The notes under the pieces: generated by a model
What the model saw: only the letters and a program-made list of their open reading frames with translations
Databases searched by the model: none
What the model was told of the DNA's origin: nothing
In this document: positions 1-8,334 of the stretch, in pieces
How positions within the stretch are numbered: position 1 is the first letter of the stretch
Layout: each line of letters starts with the position of its first letter
Position numbers and translations under genes: made by a program
From: Candidatus Hydrogenedentota bacterium
Lineage (GTDB): Bacteria; Hydrogenedentota; Hydrogenedentia; Hydrogenedentales; SLHB01
Direction: 5' to 3'
DNA length: 20,930 nucleotides
Assembly: GCA_029974275.1 (NCBI GenBank)
Contig: JARKSN010000002.1
Location: forward strand, 1-20,930

Positions 1-1827
1 CACGGCATTGGGCAAGTCCACAAGACCTACGAGCCGGGCATTTTGATTTCGGGCGTGGGCATGCGCGTGGCGCATAACCTGATCCACGATGCGCCCCACA
101 TCGCGATCATGCTCGGCGGCAACGACAACATTGTCGAATACAACGACATCCACCACGTGAACAAGGCCGGCGCCGACAACGGGGCCTACTACATGGGCCG
201 CAATTGGACCCAGCGCGGGAACATCATCCGCTACAACATTTTCCACGATATCTACGGGTTTGGCCTGAAGAACATCTGGCAGCCGCAGCCCAACGGACGC
301 TATGTATATGAATCTCCCGCCGGGACGTTTGGCATCTACCTCGACGACCTGGCCAGCGGCACGACCGTGTTCGGAAACATCGTCTATCGCGTGCCGTTGG
401 CGGGCGCATTGGTGGGCGGCGGGCGCGACAACGTGTTCGAGAACAACGTGTTTGTGGACTGCATTCCGGCCTACTACACCGACGCCCGCAATTCCGAATG
501 GTGGAAAACTCAACTCAGCAAGACCATGTTCGACGGCCTCAACGAGGTGAACTACCAGGAGCCGCCGTACGCGACTCGCTATCCCGAACTGTTGACGATG
601 GGGGATGATCCGTGGCGGCCTGCGGGCAATCGTTTTCTACGCAACATCGCGACGTATAGGTCTGACGATTTTTCCGGGCCGGAGAGCGCGGAGAAAAGGC
701 CCGGTTCGGCCGTTGTGTATTCTCTCATCTGGTACGACGACGAGACGTCCGTTTTCGATTACAACACGATCCACCATTACGGCAAGCCAATCCGCGTGAA
801 TCACGGCGTGTACAATGGAAATACCATACAGAAAATATCCTGGGAGGAATGGCAAGAAACCGGACAGGACGCACACTCCGTCGTGGCGGATCCGCTGTTT
901 GTCGATGCCGCCCGCGATGATTACCGCCTGCGGGACGATTCACCGGCGTACGCCCAGGGATTCAAGCCCATCCCCGTCGAAAAAATCGGATTGTATCGGG
1001 ATGACTTCCGGAAAACCCTGCCCGCGTCGAAAAAGCCCAGGAACAAGGTTCGCGCCCGTTCGTTTTCGTTTCAGTTGCCTGAACCGAAGGTAGTGGACTG
1101 GCTCTCGAAAGCGCCGACGATGGAGCCCGTCGCCCTTGCCAAGGGCCTCATGATTGAAAGCGGCCCACTGCGCCTCGAAGCCTCTGCCGGCGGGACCGGC
1201 CTCCGGATTGCAATGGACGGCGTCCCCTTCGTCGAACTTGGAGGGTATGTCCATCAAGTCTTCCCTGGCGGAGGCGAAACCTGGCCCGCAGCCGACCGCT
1301 TGGTGAGTCTGGCCTTTGGCGAGAATGAGCGCGTGCAGGTCATCGATTTCGTCCTGGAGAAAGAAGCCTCCGCGGACGGACGCATCTGCGCGTACCAAGG
1401 CGCGTGGCGCGTTTGGGCCCCCAAGCAGGACGATTCCTGGATCGCGACGCAGTGTCTCTGGGTGCGCAATGCCGACACTCGCCCCTGGCGTCTTAACAGC
1501 ATGTTCACGTATGGCGTTCCGTTGATCCGAGACGCCCACCCCTGGCGCTACCTGACGGGAGCAGGGGCCTTGTTGTGGAACGAGGATGCCTGCCGAGGGA
1601 TAGGTTTCGTGTCAGCCCCGAATAGTTCGATGGCGGGATCCGCGCTGGTCGGCGATTCCGATCCGCTTTCGCTGGGGCTGTGGAGCGCGTTCAACAAAGA
1701 GCTTGGTCCCGGCAAGAAACTCCGCGGCCCGTCTACGATGGTGTTTGTATTTGCCACGCACGACGGCTCTGTGCAGGCGTTCGAGCGGGAACAATCGCGC
1801 ATTCTATCCCATGTGTGCGTTTTTTGA
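1..1827 (+). CDS. Right-handed parallel beta-helix repeat protein (pectate-lyase-like fold), 5'-truncated, with an extra C-terminal domain
   Basis: Frame 1 is open from base 1 (HGIGQVHKTYEPGILISG...). It contains repeated Asn-ladder strands (AHNLIHD, EYNDIHH, RYNIFHD, FGNIVY, ENNVFVD), GIYLDD, GGGRDN and the typical domain end ADPLFVD..DYRL...SPA...GFKPIP..KIG. Confidence 0.8.
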   Translation, partial: HGIGQVHKTYEPGILISGVGMRVAHNLIHDAPHIAIMLGGNDNIVEYNDIHHVNKAGADNGAYYMGRNWTQRGNIIRYNIFHDIYGFGLKNIWQPQPNGRYVYESPAGTFGIYLDDLASGTTVFGNIVYRVPLAGALVGGGRDNVFENNVFVDCIPAYYTDARNSEWWKTQLSKTMFDGLNEVNYQEPPYATRYPELLTMGDDPWRPAGNRFLRNIATYRSDDFSGPESAEKRPGSAVVYSLIWYDDETSVFDYNTIHHYGKPIRVNHGVYNGNTIQKISWEEWQETGQDAHSVVADPLFVDAARDDYRLRDDSPAYAQGFKPIPVEKIGLYRDDFRKTLPASKKPRNKVRARSFSFQLPEPKVVDWLSKAPTMEPVALAKGLMIESGPLRLEASAGGTGLRIAMDGVPFVELGGYVHQVFPGGGETWPAADRLVSLAFGENERVQVIDFVLEKEASADGRICAYQGAWRVWAPKQDDSWIATQCLWVRNADTRPWRLNSMFTYGVPLIRDAHPWRYLTGAGALLWNEDACRGIGFVSAPNSSMAGSALVGDSDPLSLGLWSAFNKELGPGKKLRGPSTMVFVFATHDGSVQAFEREQSRILSHVCVF

Positions 1828-1880
1828 TTGCAACCGACTCGCCGGAATTGCGGCGGAATCGAGAACGTCAACAGGGCGCG

Positions 1881-3023
1881 ATGTCCCGGATTTATCTTGA
1901 CCATAACGCGACGACGCCGGTCGATTCGGCGGCGCTCGAGGCGATGTTGCCCTATTTGAGGGATTCCTTCGGAAATCCGTCGAGCGTGCACGCCTGGGGA
2001 CGCGAGGCGCGCGTTGCCATAGACCGGGCCCGGCGCCAGGTTGCCGCGCTCATCAACGCCGAGCCCGATGAGATCGTGTTTACCGGCGGCGGCACGGAGT
2101 CAACCAACGCGGCGCTTGTGGGCGGCATGATGGGGATTTCGGCGTCTACGCTTGTTGTCAGCGCAGTCGAACACCTCGCGGTGCTGGGGCCGGCAGAACA
2201 TCTGGCGTCTCGCGGGGCAGGCGTGCGGCGGGCGCCCGTGGATGGAAACGGATGTTTGGAACGGGAATCTCTCGACGCGCTTTTCCCCCACGCTTCGTTT
2301 TTGGTTTCCGTCATGCTCGCAAACCATGACACCGGCGCGCTGCAACCTCTGCGCGAAGTCGTCGACCTCGCCCATGCGCACGGCGGCATCGTGCACACGG
2401 ATGCGATTCAAGCGGCGGGCCGTGTGCCTATCGACGTCAAGCAACTACAGGTCGATCTGCTTTCCCTCAGCGCCCACAAGCTCTACGGCCCCAAAGGCGT
2501 TGGGGCGTTGTACGTTCGTCGCGAAACGCCGTTTACTCCGCTTTTGCGCGGGGGCCGACACGAAGACGGACGACGCGCCGGCACCGAAAATGTCGCGGGC
2601 ATTGTCGGCTTTGGCGTCGCGTGCGAGCGGGCCGCAACAAGCCTGACAACCGACGCTGATGCTGTGCACGGCCTGCGCGATCGCCTGGAGACCGAAGTTC
2701 TTGCGCGTATCGGCGGGGCCTCTGTCAATGCGCGCGACGCCGCGCGTCTGCCGAATACATCGAGCATCCGTTTCGACGGCGTCGAGGCCGACATGGTTGT
2801 TATGGCGCTCGATCTCGAGGGCATTGCGGTGAGCGCCGGTTCCGCATGCACAAGCGCGTCGCGCGAGCCGTCGCATGTGCTTCGGGCAATGGGTCAGACG
2901 CCCGAACAGGCGCGCAGCGCCGTCCGCTTCTCCTTCGGCAAGACCAATACGCAAACAGACGTACGCACGACCGTCGAAGCGCTTGTGCGGGTGATGGCAC
3001 GATTGCGGGAGGCGCGGCAATGA
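1881..3023 (+). CDS. iscS: Group I (IscS/NifS-type) PLP-dependent cysteine desulfurase
   Basis: Motifs IYLDHNATTP, GNPSS.H, FTGGGTES, HTDAIQA, SAHKLYGPKGVG (PLP Lys), RAGTEN and SAGSAC (catalytic Cys). The start is placed at ATG 1881 because family similarity begins there. Confidence 0.93.
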   Translation: MSRIYLDHNATTPVDSAALEAMLPYLRDSFGNPSSVHAWGREARVAIDRARRQVAALINAEPDEIVFTGGGTESTNAALVGGMMGISASTLVVSAVEHLAVLGPAEHLASRGAGVRRAPVDGNGCLERESLDALFPHASFLVSVMLANHDTGALQPLREVVDLAHAHGGIVHTDAIQAAGRVPIDVKQLQVDLLSLSAHKLYGPKGVGALYVRRETPFTPLLRGGRHEDGRRAGTENVAGIVGFGVACERAATSLTTDADAVHGLRDRLETEVLARIGGASVNARDAARLPNTSSIRFDGVEADMVVMALDLEGIAVSAGSACTSASREPSHVLRAMGQTPEQARSAVRFSFGKTNTQTDVRTTVEALVRVMARLREARQ

Positions 3024-4117
3024 ACCATGGACGGGTGGTCGTCGCGATGAGCGGCGGCGTCGATTCAAGCGTTGTCGCGGCGCTGTTGTTGGAGCAGGGC
3101 CATGATGTGATCGGCGCGACGCTGCAACTCCGGCCCTGCAATGACGGCAATAGCACGCTGAAGTGTTGTGGCGGCGATGGCATTGCCGCAGCGCGCGCCA
3201 CGGCGTCGCACTTGGGCATAGCGCACTACGTCCTGAGTTGTCACGAAGCGTTTGAGGAGCGCGTGCTGCGCTATTCGTGGGACGAATACGCCCAGGGGCG
3301 CACGCCGAACCCCTGCGTGATGTGCAACCTGCACCTGAAGTGGGGGGTTCTGCTGGAGCGCGCACGATCGCTCGGCGCGGACCGCATCGCCACGGGCCAC
3401 TATGCGCGCGTTGTCATGACCGATGCGGGACCTGCACTCGCGCGGGGCGTGGATGCGCAAAAAGACCAATCGTATTTTCTCTTCCCCCTCACCCCAAGTC
3501 ACCTCGCGCAAACGCTCTTTCCGCTCGGCGCGATGACAAAGCCGGAAGTGCGTGAACTTGCGCGCCGCTATGCGTTGCCCACTGCCGAAAAACCCGAAAG
3601 TCAGGACGTGTGTTTCGAAAATCCCGGCGAAGGTTTCGCCGAATCCCTCCGGCTCCGATTCGGCGCCTATTCGTTGGAAGGCGCGTTTGTCGACATCCAC
3701 GGGCATGTGCTTGGCCGTCACGAAGGCGTCCACCACTACACCATCGGTCAGCGGCGCGGTCTCGGTTTCGGGCTGGGCGCGCGCGCGTACGTGGTCGCGC
3801 TTCGCCCCGACCGTGCCGAAGTGGTTCTGTCCTCCAATCCCGTCGATCTGGACGTCGCGGGACTTCGCGCGGCCGATATGGCGTGGCAGGCTGGAGCGCC
3901 GGAAGCCGGAGAAGCCTTTGCGTGCGAAGCCCAGACGCGCTATCGTCAGCGTCCGGTTTCCGCACGCGCCACCGTTTTGGCCGACGCCACAACGGACGTC
4001 TTGTTTGAGACGCCTCTCCGGGCCGTCACGCCCGGACAAGCCGTCGTTCTGTATCGCGCCGACCGTGTTCTCGGAGGAGGATGGATCAAACAGGGGTTCC
4101 CATATATCCGCGCATGA
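3020..4117 (+). CDS. mnmA: tRNA-specific 2-thiouridylase MnmA
   Basis: Motifs AMSGGVDS (PP-loop), TPNPCVMCN, ATGHYA, KDQSYFL, ESQDVCF, YTIGQRRGLG and VTPGQ. ATG 3020 overlaps the desulfurase stop (ATGA). Confidence 0.96.
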   Translation: MNHGRVVVAMSGGVDSSVVAALLLEQGHDVIGATLQLRPCNDGNSTLKCCGGDGIAAARATASHLGIAHYVLSCHEAFEERVLRYSWDEYAQGRTPNPCVMCNLHLKWGVLLERARSLGADRIATGHYARVVMTDAGPALARGVDAQKDQSYFLFPLTPSHLAQTLFPLGAMTKPEVRELARRYALPTAEKPESQDVCFENPGEGFAESLRLRFGAYSLEGAFVDIHGHVLGRHEGVHHYTIGQRRGLGFGLGARAYVVALRPDRAEVVLSSNPVDLDVAGLRAADMAWQAGAPEAGEAFACEAQTRYRQRPVSARATVLADATTDVLFETPLRAVTPGQAVVLYRADRVLGGGWIKQGFPYIRA

Positions 4118-4153
4118 TCGCCGCACGCGCCATCTTCGGCCCGGTTGGTTCGT

Positions 4154-4182
4154 TTGCCAACGCTAGGCGGCTGGCGTAGAAT
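4154..4182 (+). promoter_or_regulatory. Predicted sigma70-type promoter of the peptide-ligase operon
   Basis: TTGCCA (4154-4159), a 17-nt spacer and TAGAAT (4177-4182) lie in the 103-bp gap before ATG 4221. Confidence 0.6.
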
Positions 4183-4202
4183 CGGGCTGGCGATACCGGA
4201 TC

Positions 4203-4214
4203 AACAGCGCTGTT
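4203..4214. promoter_or_regulatory. Perfect 12-bp palindrome, candidate operator
   Basis: AACAGCGCTGTT is its own reverse complement and lies between the predicted -10 box and the start codon. Confidence 0.3.
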
Positions 4215-4220
4215 ACGAAC

Positions 4221-4970
4221 ATGCAAACGCGTCTTTGGCTAGATATATTGCCGCAACCGGACGATGTGACCTGCGGGCCGACGTGCCTTCATGCCATCTA
4301 TCGTTATTACGGCGATGTCATGCCGTTGCCGCAGCTTATTGCGGAAACGCCACAACTCAAGCGCGGCGGAACCCTCGCGGTGCTGCTTGCCTGCCATGCC
4401 TTGCGCCGGGGGTACAAGGCCACCATCTACACGTACAACCTGCACATGTTCGACCCGACCTGGTTCAACCCCCTCGCGCGAAATCTCCCGGACCGCCTCA
4501 GGGCGCAGGCGACGGAAGCAGGAAAGCCTTCCCGCATCCGGCAGGCCACGCGCTGGTATCTGGAATTTCTCGCGCTGGGCGGCAAACTGCGTTTTGAGGA
4601 CCTTACCGCCGCCCTCATCCAGCGCTATCTAAAAAGGGGCGTGCCGATTCTCACCGGTCTCTCCGCGACGTATCTGTACCGCACGGCGCGTGAATACGGC
4701 GTCAACAGCGACTACGACGACGTGCGCGGCGAGCCGGCGGGCCATTTTGTCGTGCTCAGCGGCTACGACAAGAAAAAACATGAAGTGACGGTGGCCGATC
4801 CGCTCGAACACAACCCCGTCGCCTCGACGCGCTACTACGCGGTGAAAATCAACCGCGCGCTCGGCGCCATCCTGCTCGGCATCATCACCCACGACGCGAA
4901 TCTCCTGATCATCGAACCGGAGGTAGCCCAATCCGGGCGAAAGCATGCGCGCACTCATCGTCGTAAGTAA
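4221..4970 (+). CDS. C39-like (papain-fold) cysteine peptidase / possible transpeptidase
   Basis: QPDDVTCGPTCL (oxyanion Gln and catalytic Cys), GHFVVLSGYD (His) and VADP (Asp). No signal peptide, transporter domain or GNAT domain is evident. Confidence 0.85.
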   Translation: MQTRLWLDILPQPDDVTCGPTCLHAIYRYYGDVMPLPQLIAETPQLKRGGTLAVLLACHALRRGYKATIYTYNLHMFDPTWFNPLARNLPDRLRAQATEAGKPSRIRQATRWYLEFLALGGKLRFEDLTAALIQRYLKRGVPILTGLSATYLYRTAREYGVNSDYDDVRGEPAGHFVVLSGYDKKKHEVTVADPLEHNPVASTRYYAVKINRALGAILLGIITHDANLLIIEPEVAQSGRKHARTHRRK

Positions 4971-6414
4971 CCCCAAACATTGGCCCCTCCATATCCCCGG
5001 CGTCGAAGTCGTTCCGGCGCGCTCATACTTGACCGACCCCAAATACTACGCGATGCGCGGGGTGCGCGTGTTCAACCTGTGCCGTTCGTACCGTTACCAA
5101 AGCGTCGGCTACTACGTCTCCCTGCTCGCCGCTGCACGCGGGCACAAGCCGCTGCCGAGCATCGCGACGATTGAAGACATGAAGTCGCTGTCAATCGTGC
5201 GCCTCGTCTCGGAAGACCTGGAGGAGTTGATTCAAGGGGCCTTCACCCATCATCAAGGCGATCGTTTCACCCTCAGCGTGTATTTTGGGCACAACCTCGC
5301 GAAACGCTACGATCGCCTAAGCTGGAGGCTCTTCAGTCTGTTTCAGGCTCCTTTTCTCCGCGCCGAGTTCACGCGAGAAAATGGGCAGTGGCAAGTGCGG
5401 AGCATCAGCCCCATTCCGGCCAAGGAAATACCCCAAACCCACCATCCCTTTGTCATCGAACGCGCGACCGAGTACTTCGCAGAACAGCCGTCGCGCCTCT
5501 CGAAACGCTGGGTGCCGCGGTACGACATGGCCATCCTCGTCAATCCCGACGACGAAACCCGCCCCTCGAACGATAGGGCCATCAACAAATTCATCCGGGC
5601 GGCGCGCCGGCTGGATATCGACGCCGAGGTGATCCAGAAGGACGATTACGGGGCGCTGCCGCAGTTCGATGCGCTGTTCCTTCGCGAAACGACCGCCGTC
5701 AACCACCACACCTACCGTTTCGCGCGGCGGGCATGGGCCGAAGGCCTGGTGGTCGTCGACGATCCAGACTCCATCGCGCGGTGCAGCAACAAGGTCTACC
5801 TTGCCGAGTTGCTCGAGCGGCACGACATTCCCAAGCCTCGCACGCTCATCGTGCACCGCGACAACCGCGAGAGCGTGCTGCATGCCATCGGACTGCCCTG
5901 CGTTCTCAAAAAACCCGACAGTTCGGCGTCGCAGGGCGTATTCAAGGCCGAAGACGAGGCTGCGCTGCGCGACCATATAGACCATCTGCTCGAAGAATCC
6001 GATTTGATCATCGCGCAGGAATTCCTGCCAACGTCGTTCGATTGGCGCGTCGGCGTGTTCGACCGCAAGCCGCTGTATGTATGCCAATACTATATGGCCC
6101 CGCGCCACTGGAAAATTCAGCACAAGGACGGTTCGGGCCGCACGCATTACGGCAAAGCCCACACGCTCGCGGTCGAAAACGCCCCCCGATCTGTGGTGGC
6201 CGCCGCGTTGCGCGCCGCCAACCTCATCGGCGACGGACTCTATGGCGTGGACATCAAGCAAGTGGGCCGAAAACTGTACGTGATAGAAGTCAACGACAAT
6301 CCGAGCATCGACGCAGGCGTGGAGGACGACGTGCTCAAAGACGACCTCTACGACGCGATCATGCGGATTTTCCTGAATCGTCTGGAACAAGGCAAAGAGG
6401 CGCGATCACGTTGA
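4945..6414 (+). CDS. RimK-family ATP-grasp amide ligase with N-terminal RLAN domain
   Basis: N-terminal VFNLCRSYRYQSVGYYVSLLAAARGH (RLAN-like). ATP-grasp motifs LFLRETT, CSNKVYL, KKPDSS.SQGV, QEFLP..FDWRVGV, YGVDIK and IEVNDNPS. Overlaps the upstream gene by 26 bp. Confidence 0.9.
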   Translation: MRALIVVSNPKHWPLHIPGVEVVPARSYLTDPKYYAMRGVRVFNLCRSYRYQSVGYYVSLLAAARGHKPLPSIATIEDMKSLSIVRLVSEDLEELIQGAFTHHQGDRFTLSVYFGHNLAKRYDRLSWRLFSLFQAPFLRAEFTRENGQWQVRSISPIPAKEIPQTHHPFVIERATEYFAEQPSRLSKRWVPRYDMAILVNPDDETRPSNDRAINKFIRAARRLDIDAEVIQKDDYGALPQFDALFLRETTAVNHHTYRFARRAWAEGLVVVDDPDSIARCSNKVYLAELLERHDIPKPRTLIVHRDNRESVLHAIGLPCVLKKPDSSASQGVFKAEDEAALRDHIDHLLEESDLIIAQEFLPTSFDWRVGVFDRKPLYVCQYYMAPRHWKIQHKDGSGRTHYGKAHTLAVENAPRSVVAAALRAANLIGDGLYGVDIKQVGRKLYVIEVNDNPSIDAGVEDDVLKDDLYDAIMRIFLNRLEQGKEARSR

Positions 6415-7649
6415 TGACGCACGCGCAACCGCTACGCCTGTTCGAAGGATACGGCGTCGAACTCGAATACATGATCGTGCGTGAGGACTCTCTCGACGCG
6501 CTGCCCATCGCAGACAAAATCTTCGAGAGCGTCGCCGGAACCATCACGGGCGAGGCCGACCGCGGAGCGCTCCATTGGTCCAACGAACTCGTCCTGCATG
6601 TCATTGAGTTGAAGACCAACGGTCCCGTTCCCACGTTGGCGGGCCTGGCTCCCCGGTTTGCACGGGACGTTTTGGATATCAATCGCCTGCTCCAGACGAT
6701 GGGCGCGCGTCTCATGCCCACGGCGATGCACCCTTGGATGAACCCCGATACGGAAACGCGTCTGTGGCCGCATGACTGCAGCGAGATTTACGAAGCCTTC
6801 GACCGTATCTTCCGTTGTACAGGACATGGCTGGTCCAATGTGCAGAGCGTTCATCTAAACCTTCCGTTCGGCGACGACGACGAATTCGGACGCCTGCACG
6901 CCGCGATACGGCTCGTGCTCCCCTTGTTGCCAGCTCTGGCGGCGAGTTCGCCTATCGTCGAACTCCAGCGATCGCCCTTTCTCGATGCACGCATGGATTT
7001 CTACCGGACGAACGCGCGCCGTATTCCATCGGTCGCCGGGAGGATCATCCCAGAACCGGTCTTCTCCGAGGATGAATACAGAACTCAAATATTGAAAACC
7101 ATTTACGACGACCTCTCCCCGTTTGATCCTGACGCCATCCTGCGCGATGAATGGGTGAATGCCCGAGGCGCCATCGCCCGTTTTGTACGCAACACCATCG
7201 AAATTCGCGTCATCGACGTGCAGGAGTGTCCCAAGGCGGATCTGGCCATTGTGCAACTCGTTGCCGCCCTTGTCCAAGCCCTAGTCGAAGAACGCTGGTG
7301 CAGCTACGAAACCCAAAAACGTTGGGCCGTCGAGCCGCTCGAAGCACTGCTGCTGACCTCTATTCGAGATGCCGAGGCCGCTCCAGTGACCGACTCCAAC
7401 TTCTTGTCTTGTATAGGGTTTTGCAAAGAGGACGGCTGCTCGGCCCACACTCTCTGGACCCATCTTGCCCGAACCTTGCTTCCGGATACGCCCGAGTTGG
7501 AAATTCTACAAACGTATATCGCGAGAGGCACTTTGGCGCGGCGGATCGTGACGCGCTTGGGACAGCCGTTCGATCGGAAAGAGTTGACCAGCATTTACCG
7601 CGAATTGTGTCTATGCTTGGCGGAGGACCGGCTTTTTGGCGCAATTTAA
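6414..7649 (+). CDS. Glutamate--cysteine ligase family 2 (GCS2 / carboxylate-amine ligase)
   Basis: Motifs GVELEY, NELVLHVIELKT, MHPW, QSVHLN, LAASSP and TIEIRVID. ATG 6414 is coupled to the RimK stop (TGATG). The longer ORF from 5733 is an overlapping extension. Confidence 0.88.
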   Translation: MTHAQPLRLFEGYGVELEYMIVREDSLDALPIADKIFESVAGTITGEADRGALHWSNELVLHVIELKTNGPVPTLAGLAPRFARDVLDINRLLQTMGARLMPTAMHPWMNPDTETRLWPHDCSEIYEAFDRIFRCTGHGWSNVQSVHLNLPFGDDDEFGRLHAAIRLVLPLLPALAASSPIVELQRSPFLDARMDFYRTNARRIPSVAGRIIPEPVFSEDEYRTQILKTIYDDLSPFDPDAILRDEWVNARGAIARFVRNTIEIRVIDVQECPKADLAIVQLVAALVQALVEERWCSYETQKRWAVEPLEALLLTSIRDAEAAPVTDSNFLSCIGFCKEDGCSAHTLWTHLARTLLPDTPELEILQTYIARGTLARRIVTRLGQPFDRKELTSIYRELCLCLAEDRLFGAI

Positions 7650-8334
7650 TCATGCGTTTTTGGTGACGTGCGAACATGCCTCCAACCATGTTCCGGCGGA
7701 ATATGCATCCCTTTTCGCCGGTCAGCGATCAACGCTCCACTCACATCGGGCCTACGATATTGGAGCCCGCGAACTGGCGGCGACATTGGCAGAACTCCTT
7801 GACGCCCCAATTTTTCTTGGAGAAACAACGCGTCTCTTGGTCGATCTAAATCGTTCAGAAAGAAACAATACGTTATTTTCGCGTTTCACAAAATCTATTA
7901 CAATTGAAAAAAAGGTGTATGTGCTTAATAAATATTATTTTGCGTATAGAAACAATGTGAAACGATTTGTTTCGGCCTGTTTGAAAAAAAACGATTCCTT
8001 GGTCCATATCAGCCTCCATACTTTTACGCCGGTCTTGGGAGGAGTTGAGCGTAATGCCGACGTAGGCATTCTGTATGACCCTGCACGGATTCGAGAGAAG
8101 CGCTTTGCGCTGGCCTATCGGGAAGCATTGAGGATGGCGCTGCCCGGGTTGCGCGTTCGGCGCAATTATCCGTATCGAGGCGTCTCGGACAGTTTGGTCA
8201 CCGCTCTTCGGAAGGAATATCCCCCGACCTTCTATAAGGGCATCGAGGTGGAAATAAACCAGCGCATGGCATCCCAACAAGCCGCGCGCCAGGCAATGGA
8301 AGTCATGAGCGATGTTTTGAAGGGCCCCATGTGA
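7636..8334 (+). CDS. N-formylglutamate amidohydrolase family protein
   Basis: Motifs VTCEHASN.VP, H.AYDIGA, TRLLVDLNRS, SLHTFTP, RRNYPY.G and IEVEINQ. TTG start with GGAGG at 7622-7626. Confidence 0.87.
   Translation: MAQFNHAFLVTCEHASNHVPAEYASLFAGQRSTLHSHRAYDIGARELAATLAELLDAPIFLGETTRLLVDLNRSERNNTLFSRFTKSITIEKKVYVLNKYYFAYRNNVKRFVSACLKKNDSLVHISLHTFTPVLGGVERNADVGILYDPARIREKRFALAYREALRMALPGLRVRRNYPYRGVSDSLVTALRKEYPPTFYKGIEVEINQRMASQQAARQAMEVMSDVLKGPM

Noticed and set aside
1680..1880. Upstream extensions of the iscS, mnmA (2846), hldE (13327), DUF4838 (17345) and EF-hand (17550) ORFs
   Set aside because: They overlap neighbouring genes or predicted promoters. Downstream ATGs have better ribosome-binding sites, translational coupling or family-typical N-termini.
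4114..4179. 21-aa ORF (MIAARAIFGPVGSFANARRLA) overlapping the mnmA stop, considered as a RiPP (graspetide) precursor for the ATP-grasp/C39 pair
   Set aside because: It has no Asp/Glu residues and no double-Gly leader, and it lies over the predicted promoter rather than downstream of it. No credible precursor peptide was found in the window.
5733..6413. Arg-rich N-terminal extension of the GCS2 ORF (638-aa call)
   Set aside because: It is an alternative frame inside the RimK gene. Family similarity starts at ATG 6414, which is coupled to the RimK stop.
4945..7649. Calling the ligases canonical rimK and gshA/gshB
   Set aside because: The ATP-grasp protein is 489 aa with an RLAN domain, unlike the roughly 300-aa RimK or GshB. 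GCS2 substrate specificity cannot be read from motifs, so no symbols were assigned.
7636..8334. hutG (histidine utilisation)
   Set aside because: No hut genes are nearby, and the gene is embedded in the ligase operon.
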